The notes under the pieces are model-generated. The model had not been told where the DNA came from and did no database searches. It saw only the letters and a program-made list of their open reading frames with translations. DNA of 63,671 nucleotides, filler included, from Octopus bimaculoides (taxonomy: Eukaryota): the NCBI RefSeq assembly GCF_001194135.2. It is 7 parts of 7 records of this genome, joined end to end, with 100 filler letters (N's around TTAATTAATTAA, not from the genome) between each part and the next. Parts side by side here need not be neighbours in the genome. Positions count along the whole stretch, not along the records: positions 37,798 to 55,090 come from NC_068998.1; positions 55,191 to 61,915 come from NC_068993.1; positions 62,016 to 63,671 come from NC_068983.1; 4 more parts are not named here. One strand, written 5' to 3'. Below, piece after piece: positions 54,666-63,671 of the stretch (positions within the stretch are counted from its first letter, which is position 1; the number at the start of each line of letters is the position of its first letter). The position numbers and the translations under genes were made by a program.

Positions 54666-54950
54666 TTTACGCGTGAATGTGTTTATGACAATTTATGTGT
54701 TAAAGGTGTTTTGTGTACAGCACATGGGTGTAAGTATGTGTGAATGTGTGTGCTCGAAGGTAAGCATGTGTGTAAGTATATATGCATATGTATGCATATA
54801 TGTATGTACAAAAAATTTATTCAAATGTTTGCTTACCGCACTCGCTATGGTTAGAAGAAAACTTAAATTGACTTTTAAGTTCGTGTGTGTGTGTGTTTGT
54901 TTGTGTGGATTTAACATGCATGTTTATCTGTATATGCGTGAGTGTATATA

Positions 54951-54982
<32 letters not shown>

Positions 54983-55048
54983 CACACACATGTGTATGTA
55001 CATGTATCTATATGATTGCGTTTTAATATATGCACCTATACGTAATAA

Positions 55049-55090
<42 letters not shown>

Positions 55091-55190
55091 NNNNNNNNNN
55101 NNNNNNNNNNNNNNNNNNNNNNNNNNNNNNNNNNTTAATTAATTAANNNNNNNNNNNNNNNNNNNNNNNNNNNNNNNNNNNNNNNNNNNN

Positions 55191-55520
55191 TTGGTAGCTT
55201 GTGTACGTGTAGAAGTCATGTTGACGCTGGCGACGGTGCTAGTAGTACGTAGTTGAAGTGGTTGTTGATGTCGTCGATGGAACTGGCTGGTTGGTTGGTG
55301 CTGTGTTACGCGTGTGTGGTCAAACGACCAGATCCTACAAGATCTGAGCCGCGACGAATTGGCGGGGATAATTTAGGCTATTTATAGGAAAATAGGGGCT
55401 CCAGAAAAGCATCAGAAAAACACTCTCACGTGACCTTATTAGAGGCTATGATTGGTCAATTTGCGTCCTGGCGGAAACGGTGTGGAGACAATTGTCGCCG
55501 AAATAATAGTCAGTCAGGTG
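55191..55520 (-). promoter_or_regulatory. CpG-rich promoter-like island for a minus-strand transcript
   Basis: In minus-strand order: CCAAT (55450-55455), E-box GTCACGTG (55427-55434), CTATAAATAG TATA/MEF2-type site (55378-55387), a C/A-rich leader, then CAACATG at 55219 opening MTSTRTQAT into a gap. Confidence 0.4.
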
Positions 55521-55606
55521 ATGACACAGCAAGCTGCTTTCTGCTACGCTCGCCTTTGTTACTATTTATAACCGTGATAGAAGTAGCTTCACTATATATA
55601 TATATA

Positions 55607-55926
55607 TAGCTGAAGGATTAAAATTAATCAAAGGACACACGAAGTATGTCTACCTGCTGGAAATAACAATCAAAATTCTTATTTAAATTGCCAAAATACA
55701 CTGATGATAACTATAGAAATCAACCGTCTGAAGGCAAACGGGCTAAGACAATCTCCCAACATACATTCAAGTATTTGGACTCATGTGGACCAGTTTCTGC
55801 CATGGACAGTTGATTTCTGTAGAAATCATCAGTGTATTTTGGCGATTTAAATAAGAGTTTTGACTGTTATTTCCAGCAGGTAGACCTACTTAGCATGTCC
55901 TTTGATTAATTTTAATCCTTCAGCTA
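55607..55926. mobile_element. MITE with about 135-bp terminal inverted repeats and TA flanks
   Basis: TAGCTGAAGGATTAAAATTAATCAAAGGACA...CACTGATGA...AGAAATCAACCGTC (55607-55730) pairs with GACAGTTGATTTCT...TCATCAGTG...TGTCCTTTGATTAATTTTAATCCTTCAGCTA (55805-55926). TA occurs on both sides. Confidence 0.9.
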
Positions 55927-56092
55927 TTTAATGCTTTTTTGGGGACCTGCAATTGCCTATATTATTGATTCTGTTATTATCATTTTTTAAATTGTTACTA
56001 GATAATAACAGAGTTAATGATACTTCACAAATTATTTTTCATGAATTATTTTTTCTCCTGAATTATTTGCTCAGTATTGAAATTATATATAC

Positions 56093-57446
56093 ACTAGCAG
56101 AGGCACCCGGCGTTGCCCGGGAATGAAATTGTTGCTTATATACTGGAAGAAAAAAAGCAAAATATGCTGTATAGAAATTTGAGGACATTCTGTAGATGGA
56201 CTCTCAAATGAATGATGGCTGGGCGCCTCTCATGAATGGGAAAATTGAAGATGCGCCAAAAAGCCTCATTGTTACTTGGAAACTTTTACGAAAATTAAAA
56301 TGGGGATTAAATGAAAAAAATGATTTACGTGAATATCCTCACAAGAGTAATTGAAATAAATGGCGATTGTGGAACCCCACACGCACGCACGCACGCACAC
56401 GCACACACACACAGAGAGTATCACACANNNNNNNNNNNNNNNNNNNNNNNNNNNNNNNNNNNNNNNNNNNNNNNNNNNNNNNNNNNNNNNNNNNNNNNNN
56501 NNNNNNNNNNNNNNNNNNNNNNNNNNNNNNNNNNNNNNNNNNNNNNNNNNNNNNNNNNNNNNNNNNNNNNNNNNNNNNNNNNNNNNNNNNNNNNNNNNNN
56601 NNNNNNNNNNNNNNNNNNNNNNNNNNNNNNNNNNNNNNNNNNNNNNNNNNNNNNNNNNNNNNNNNNNNNNNNNNNNNNNNNNNNNNNNNNNNNNNNNNNN
56701 NNNNNNNNNNNNNNNNNGTGTATGGGCGCGCGCGTGCGTGTTTTGAGAGAGAATATTGCGAAGAATGAATGAAATAAACATGAAATGAAAAATTCGTATA
56801 AATAAAAGCTCTTGTACGGAATGTTTAAATTTGTGGACTTAGTAAATATTCTTTTCAGTAATTTATCGTAGTTGTTTGCAAATAGTGAATTAAAACTTGA
56901 AATGAAGACGTCAAAATAGAGAGTGAAGCTTTTTGCAGTTGCTACGTCGATACCGGAAGTTGACATTGAGGAACCTTTTTAAAGAAGTGAATCATAAATA
57001 TGAAGAGCCTAACATTTATCCGAGGTCAAATTATTCATGCATCACAAGTATGGAAGCATTCGTTGAAGTCTATTTCACTTGAAAAGCAAATACACAAAAA
57101 CGTCAAAATAAGGAGTGAAGCTTTTTGCCGTTGCTCCGTCAATACCGGAAGTTGACATTTCATCAAGTATGTAAGCATTTGGTACAAAAACGTCAAAATA
57201 GAGCGTGAAGCTTTTTGTCGTTGTTACGTCAATACCGGAAGTTGACATTGAGGAACCTTTTTAAAGAAGTGAATCTTAAATATAAAGCATTACTATTTAT
57301 TTTTAATAAAAAAAATCAAATGAAGAGCCTAACATTTATCCGAGGTCAAATTTTTCATGCATCAAAAGTATGGAAGCATTTGGTGAAGTCGATTTCACGT
57401 GAAAAGCGAATACACAGACATCTCTGTTTTATATATTAGAGAAGAT
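56093..57446 (+). mobile_element. Non-autonomous Helitron/Helentron-like element with internal tandem repeats
   Basis: 5' end ACTAGCAGAGGCACCCGGCGTTGCCCGGG with a CCCGG/CCGGG hairpin; 3' end ...ACAGACATCTCTGTTTTATATATTAGAGAAGAT. Three copies of a 60-nt ACGTCAAAATA...TACCGGAAGTTGACATT unit (about 56907, 57100, 57190) and a duplicated 100-nt block. Confidence 0.6.
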
Positions 57447-58260
57447 ATAATTGAGAAAATTGGAGTCAGCAAGAATATAGTATAACTATATTTGTCTGTG
57501 TGTGTGTATTTGTATGTGTGTGCCTGTGCTTGTACCCCCCTCCCCCACCATCACATGACAACTGATGATGGTGTGTTTACATCCTCCATATCTTAGCAGT
57601 TTGGCAAAAGATACTGATAGAATAATTACTAGGCTTACAAAAAATAAGACCTGGGGTCAATTTCTTCAACTAAAACCCTTTAAGGCAATGCTCCCACGTG
57701 GCCGCAGTCAAATGACTGAAACAAGTAAAAAAGTAGAAGAATATATGTAGTATATATATAATTAAATTAGGCAGCGGTTTAGCAATGAATCACCAAAATG
57801 GAAAACTATAATTGTCTTTAGATATGACGTGTTAGAACACCTACACTGCTAAGTTCCCACTCAGTGGCACCCCACACAATGTTCAATATTTGGTGCAAGA
57901 TTTTCTCTCTTTTCTGTCCATTTCTCTATCCTTCTCCTCATTCTCCTTGTGCACAAAGCCTTCCCCATCTATTTCTATCTGTCTCTCTACCTATCTGCTG
58001 CCTTTCTCTCTTTACTACCTTCTATTTCTTCCTCTGACCATCTCTGTCAACTACATACGGTCTATCTTTATTCTCTTTTTTCTCTGCACTTCCTCTTTCT
58101 TCCTACTTGCTCTTCCCCAACCCTCTATACTCGATTTTGTCTCTCTTTCTACACTTTTTGGAACCAATAGACCATCAAATTTTTTATCACTCATCTTTTT
58201 TCTACTTGACCAGTGCATAGGTAAGACATATTTTGTTTTATCTCCTGCCTAGCATTCACT

Positions 58261-58573
58261 TGAAGTGTGGAACAAAAGTCCCCAGGACAAAAGCCCCTCA
58301 GACAAAAGTCCATAGTTAGTGTGGAAGTGGACAAAAGCCCCACAGTTATATTTTTGTTTTTTAACCTTTTACCTGTTTCAGTCATTAGACTGTAGCCATG
58401 CTGGGGCACCACCTTGAAGAATTTTTAGTCAAATGTATCGACACCAGAATTTTTTATATTTTTACTTGTTGCTGCAGTTATTAGACTACAGCCATGCTGG
58501 AGCACTGCCTTGAAAAATTTTTAACTATGGGGCTTTTGTCCGAGGGGGCTTTTGTCTGGATTCCTTCACTTCA
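58261..58573. mobile_element. Small MULE-like inverted-repeat element with nested SINE tail fragments
   Basis: The left arm (58261-58318) with repeated GACAAAAG(C/T)CCC motifs is the reverse complement of the right arm (58522-58573). No target-site duplication was recognised. Confidence 0.6.
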
Positions 58574-58924
58574 GACCCCAGTTTATCTTTTCACTTTTCA
58601 TTTTTTTCTTTCTATCTTTCTTCCTTTCTGGAATATTCAACCACAGTCATATAGATTTAATGAGTAGGAATTTAGTTGATCAAACAATTAGGTGCTCATT
58701 GTTGAGACTGACAAAGTATCTATCACTACTTGTAGAAGTTGTAGCAATAGTAGTGGTGATAGAAGTAATTGTGGTGATTATGGTATTGGTGGGTCTTGTG
58801 GTAATGATAATAGTGGTGGTGAATATAATCGCAAAAGTAATATGGTGTTAGCTGTAATGGTGATGTTGGTTGTAATAGTGCTAATGGTGGTAGTGGTGGT
58901 AGTATATTAATACATTAGCAAACA

Positions 58925-59400
58925 CAGATATCATCATCACTATCATTTTATGTGCATTTTTCAACGCTTCTGGTTCAGCACAACATTTCATCACTTGCTA
59001 TGGTCCCTTATCACTTCATGAGATTAGGTTCAGTCACATGAGATCAGTTTCCATGACTTTTTTTCCATGTTTTCTTTGGACTTCCTCTTCTACAACTTCT
59101 TCCACTTACATTATTTGACACATCTTTACTCATCTATCATCCCCCATATGCATCACATTCTTTCTTGCACACTACATCTGATTCGACCTGTATTTACTTT
59201 TTCTTTCAGTTCACCTGTGTTGCATCATTCATGTATATTCATATTGCAAATCCATTGCAGTAGCTTCGTTGTTACCATCCTTAGTGCGCCCAATGTGTTT
59301 AGCCCCATGGTTTATTACTGTGCAATATTGTGCTTCGTATACAAGCATCAGATAATCTGTCCTTCACTCAGAGAGAAAGCTTTATTGATACTTGCAACAG
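58925..59400 (-). mobile_element. Older, decayed RTE LINE 3' end
   Basis: Minus strand contains GTGGAAGAAGTTGTAGAAGAGGAAGTCCAAAGAAACATGG (G.C.RG.PKK.W) and ends TGAAAAATGCACATAAAATGATAGTGATGATGAT. Confidence 0.65.
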
Positions 59401-59649
59401 TAAGAGCTCTTCTACTCCATACTAAATCTGGTTATATGCTTTTGCAATATCAACCTCAACCTTAATAGTTAGTCACCTAGATAATGGATTCTACTAGCTA
59501 TTTCTAAAGAGCATTCTGTGTAGTTGAAACACTGCACACATATGCAAATAAACAAATGCACACACAAATACCTACATACACAGAATCATACAGACACACA
59601 CATTAGAACATACTCACAAACACACATACGAACACATATATGCACATAC

Positions 59650-60098
59650 TTCTTGCCAAATTATTCCTTATGTTCTCTTTGCTAGATTAATCCTCATGTC
59701 ATCTCTATTAGATTAATCCTAACTCATCCTTGTTAGATTACTCCTCACCTTAATCTTGTTAGATTACTTTTCACTCTATCTTTGATAGATTACTATTCAG
59801 GTTATCTCTGCTAGATTATTCCTCACTTTGTGTTTGCTTGATTACTGTCCAACTCATCTTTGCTAGATTATTCCTCATTTTTTCCTCACCTCATATTTAC
59901 TAGATTACTGTTCATTTTATCATTAATAGATTACTGTTTATTTTATCACTACAAGATTATTGATCATTTTATCTTTGCTAGATAACTCCTTGCATTGTCT
60001 TTGCTAGATTACTGTTTGTCTTACCTTTATTGGATTGCTTCACACCTTAAATTTTTCTAGATTATTCCTTATCTTATCTTTGCTAGATTACTCCTCAG
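59650..60098 (+). repeat. About 17 copies of a 26-bp minisatellite (consensus near TAGATTACTCCTCATCTTATCTTTGC) ending at the exon acceptor
   Basis: AGATTA-type anchors recur at 59684, 59710, 59735, 59761, 59787, 59813, 59839, 59865, 59902, 59928, 59954, 59980, 60006, 60032, 60059 and 60085, mostly 26 nt apart. Confidence 0.9.
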
Positions 60099-60182
60099 TA
60101 TGTTAAAATCCTGGAGAAAGAGAAGAACAGTTTAGCAAATCAGCTGAGAGACTTGGAATGGAGGCTGGACCAGGAATCAAAA
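60099..60182 (+). CDS. CCDC169: Internal coding exon (phase 0-0) of a CCDC169-like coiled-coil protein
   Basis: Acceptor ...ctcctcAG at 60097-60098 after a pyrimidine-rich tract, and donor GTAAGT at 60183. The 28 codons read YVKILEKEKNSLANQLRDLEWRLDQESK, recalled as matching the CCDC169 segment [27 protein letters not shown]. Other exons were not found in the window. Confidence 0.8.
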
Positions 60183-60613
60183 GTAAGTTATTGGTGTGGT
60201 TGTAGTGTCAGTGCTTGTTTTATTATATTGATAATAGTGATTGTTGTGATGGCAGTAGTGATAATTATTGTGTTAATTGAAGTTGTGGCAATTGTTATGG
60301 TTTATTGATGTTATTATTGTTGTGGTTGTGGTGAGGGTTGTTTTAGTTGTTGTCACATTGGTGTTTGTCATGTCTCTGGTTGCTAGCAATAATTGCTTCT
60401 AATGTAGGTACACATCCAGAAATGTTGGGAAGGGAGTTAGTTAATTAAATGAACTCAGTACTAGTCTGGTATTTTATTATATCAAGCCTCGGAGGATGAA
60501 AGCAAAGTTGACCATGGTGGGAGTTGAACTCAGCACATAAAGAACTGGAATAAATACAGTATGGTATTTTTTCTGGTGCTCTAAAGATTCTGCAAGCTTA
60601 GTGTCTTCATTCA

Positions 60614-61390
60614 CCATCATCATCATCATCGTCGTTTAACGTCTGTTTTCCATGCTGGCATGGGTTGGACGATTTGACTGAGGACTGGTGAGCCAGAAGG
60701 CTGCACCAGGCTCCAGTCTGATCTGGCAAAGTTTCTACAGCTGGATGCCCTTCTTAATGCCAACCACTCCAAGAGTGTAGTGAGTGCTTTTACGTGCCAC
60801 TGGCACAAGAGCCATTCAGGCGGTTCTGGCAATGACCACATTCAAAAGGTGTTTTTCACATGCTACCTGCACAGGAGCCAGTCTGGCAGCACTGGCAACG
60901 ACCATGCTCCGGTAAGGCGACACTGGCAATGATCACGCTTGAATGGTGCTTTTTACATGCCACCAGCATGGGAGCCAATCCGCTGCCCTAGCAACGATCA
61001 CGCTAGGATGTGCTTTTAGCGTTCCACAGGCACGAGTGCCAATCAGGCAGTACTGTCATTGGCCATGTCAGCGATTTTGATTTTGATTTTGATTTCACTT
61101 GCCTCAATAGGTCTTTGCAAGTAAAGTTTATTGTCCAATGAATGAGGGGTACTTATAAGTGGGCTGGTTACACCCACTGGTGTAGGCCATGGGTTATGGT
61201 CTCACTTGGCTTGTCAGGTCTTCTCACGCACATCATATCTCCAAAGGTCTCGGTCAGAAGTCATTGCCTCGGTGAGGCCCAATGTTTGAAGGTCATGCCT
61301 CACCACCTCATCCCAGGTCTTCCTGGGCCTACCTCTTCCACAGGTTCCCTCAACTGCTAGGGTGTGACACTTTTTCACACAGCTGGAAGT
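60614..61390 (-). mobile_element. 5'-truncated RTE-clade LINE: ORF2 C-terminus, repetitive 3' UTR and (GAT)n tail
   Basis: SCVKKCHTLAVEGTCGRGRPRKTWDEVVRHDLQTLGLTEAMTSDRDLWRY is an RTE-type terminus (RGRPRKTW). It ends CCCATGCCAGCATGGAAAACAGACGTTAAACGATGATGAT. Confidence 0.9.
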
Positions 61391-62015
61391 GTATGCCACT
61401 AGATTTACTTCAGGAATTCCTTTGAACCTACAGAGTTTATATAAAATGATGAGGCAAAAATGAAATTCACAAGACTATTTATTCTTTAGAAATAAACAAA
61501 ACAGCTAGTGAGAAATGAGGTTATCTTAGGAGACGTTTCTGTACCTATAATGTATGACAATTGATTGTACGGCATCTCACCTGTAAGGTAGAGGTCCATG
61601 ATGAGTCAAAATGTAGTGGTTCTGAATAGGCTCATGAATTCCATTTTCTGTGTCTCATCTTATTATACTATACAGGTATATATATTGGCATCTACTTGTA
61701 TCTACCAATTTATCTAAATAACTATATACCACACCAATCTATTTAACATATAATCTATAATTCCTTAAATTATGATATCATTATAAAAGATTTGTTTTTA
61801 ATGAACAATAGCAATATTAAAATATAGTTATATATAATGATGTACACAAATCCAGAACAGCCTGTTTTATATTATAAACCCATTTAATCTTTACATAAAG
61901 TTATCTATATATATANNNNNNNNNNNNNNNNNNNNNNNNNNNNNNNNNNNNNNNNNNNNTTAATTAATTAANNNNNNNNNNNNNNNNNNNNNNNNNNNNN
62001 NNNNNNNNNNNNNNN

Positions 62016-62090
62016 GAAGAAGAAGAAGAAGAAGAAGAAGAAGAAGAAGAAGAAGAAGAAGAAGAAGAAGAAGAAGAAGAAGAAGAAGAA
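62016..62090 (+). repeat. (GAA)n microsatellite
   Basis: Seen directly. Confidence 0.95.
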
Positions 62091-62091
62091 T

Positions 62092-62590
62092 CTCTGATGC
62101 AGTACCAAGCAGTGGCTCCCATGATTCTTGATCTTAACTGATTGGAAATGTTATCATGTACATTGTTTTGTCTTGGTACAAAAGATGGGCTACAGCAAAT
62201 ATTCTGCTTAATACCACAGATTTGCTTGTCAATTGTTTGACCTTAACCAGTTGAGCATGTCCATTAGTGACTGACGATATGTGCATCTCTAATCACGAGC
62301 AGAAGTAGTGGGGGAGCATCATCGCCATGTGTTGAGAGGAATTCTTTGGGTTTTGGATAATTCACCTTTGGAAACATGGATGTTTCGTTCAACATCCTTA
62401 AACAAACCTTATTCAGTGATCTTTTGAGGTGGATGGGCTACTCAACCTGAAGAAAATTCTAAATGGGCTCCACCTGCAAGATCATGTGCACCATATTGCG
62501 CACCTATGATTGTGATGCATGTGCCTGGTGTACCCTTATCAGACGGGTAGTCCTGATGGGTATACTGGGCGTCGTATATTTTACCCAGTG
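62092..62590 (+). mobile_element. Retroposon 3' end with (AAT)n tail, family copy 2
   Basis: Homologous to 49897-50370; ends ATGGCATGCACTGCTCTCTCACTCAATAATAATAA. Confidence 0.85.
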
Positions 62591-63564
62591 TCATTTTGAT
62601 GGCATGCACTGCTCTCTCACTCAATAATAATAATAACGGTTTCTAATTTAGGCACAAGGTCAAAAATTTGCAGTTTAGGGGTTACTCCAAATGATCAACC
62701 CCACATACACCTGTGTATGTGTGCGCGCGCGTGTACGGATGTATGTACATATATACATATTCATATGTAAACATACACACGCATATATATGTATGTATAC
62801 ACACAGAAACATATGTATGTAACTTTAAGGATGTATGAGTATATGTGTATGCGTTGAGTGTGTGTAAGAGTGAAAGAGAGCAATGAGGAAAGGAAAGAAA
62901 GATGTGTTCACATAAATGGGAACCCTATTTCCAATTTTTGATCTCAAATTAATTACATACTCCAAAGTATAAGCTAGTTCTTTTGATTAAATGGATTTTG
63001 TAGACCTTGATATTTGACAGTTATTACGAGATGTTAATAGAATTCATGTTATTTTCTTAAGTTTTGCTTTTTGAGAAATTTTCGGTTTTTCTCTTTTCCA
63101 TTTTGGTTTTTCTCACATAATAATTTTCAACATGTGGCAAAGGAAATTATTCATTTAGTGATATCACGTAAGGTTTGAATATCAGTATTTTCAAGTCAAC
63201 CTTCATACGAAGATGAAGACGACTGCTAGAGATGATGTAGTTGAAGTGAAATAAGATGCAGCCATGTTGCCCAAATCAGTCAGCCATCGTAGAGCCATTG
63301 TAACAATATTACCATAGTAGGTATAATACTTAAAAAGTACAGAGTATATAATGCCTTATCTGTCCCCAAAGCAGCAAGCTTGCTACACGCGTTTCAGTGC
63401 AACAGTACCATCACAACATAAGTAGTACGTTGACCTTCTTATAATGCTTGAACCAGTTGTCAAGCATCCTACTTCGATGTCGATGCTAGATGTGTCGAAA
63501 CAGTTGTAGTGACGAATAAAAATTCTCGTATCGTTCAACTTCCATCTTTCATTTATCATATAGA

Positions 63565-63630
63565 TAGATACATTTCTTTTATTAGCCACACAGGGCTCAA
63601 CGAAGATGGGACAAATACAATGTAGAGCTT
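63565..63630 (-). mobile_element. Short 3'-terminal fragment of the same Tx1-like family
   Basis: Minus strand TGTATTTGTCC...GCCCTGTGTGGCTAATAAAAGAAA matches the termini at 48130-48200 and 34355-34410. Confidence 0.5.
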
Positions 63631-63671
63631 TTCTTTTTGGGAGGGGGAAGGAAGGAAAAAAAAAAAAAAAA

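Noticed and set aside
55705-55735. CTGATGA...GAAA...TC inside the MITE arms
   Set aside because: No stem II can form without consuming GAAA, and there is no stem I partner.
56890-57400. Repeat units with intervening sequence, superficially CRISPR-like
   Set aside because: Units are about 60 nt, the intervening segments are themselves duplicated, there are no cas genes, and the context is eukaryotic.
63375-63520. Two facing GAAACGCGT / GAAACAGTTGT motifs with weak hairpins, resembling an old inverted hammerhead pair
   Set aside because: CUGANGA cores are not recognisable and similarity between the arms is marginal.

Overview
Eukaryotic, repeat-dense, mostly intronic or intergenic DNA. By my hand count it has about 30 N-gaps totalling about 9.4 kb. 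The SINE families, microsatellite load and gap style suggest an octopus draft genome (inferred, not verified). Most ORFs in the supplied track are microsatellite or N artefacts. The only convincing host coding sequence is one 84-nt plus-strand exon (60099-60182, YVKILEKEKNSLANQLRDLEWRLDQESK) resembling CCDC169; its acceptor is built from a 26-bp minisatellite. A CpG-rich promoter-like island at about 55.2-55.5 kb points the other way. The rest is decayed mobile DNA: two Tc1 and one mariner relic, a MULE relic, two MITEs, a Helitron/Helentron-like element, RTE, CR1/L2, R4/Dong and Tx1/L1-like LINE fragments, a Penelope-like GIY-YIG fragment and at least four SINE families. The most interesting signal is a set of hammerhead-ribozyme motifs from several unrelated repeat families. 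One looks intact (21061-21095, minus strand); others are near-intact or decayed (404-475, 488-550, 951-995, 15820-15868, 42053-42115). All family assignments come from motif recognition by eye; no database searches or folding programs were run.
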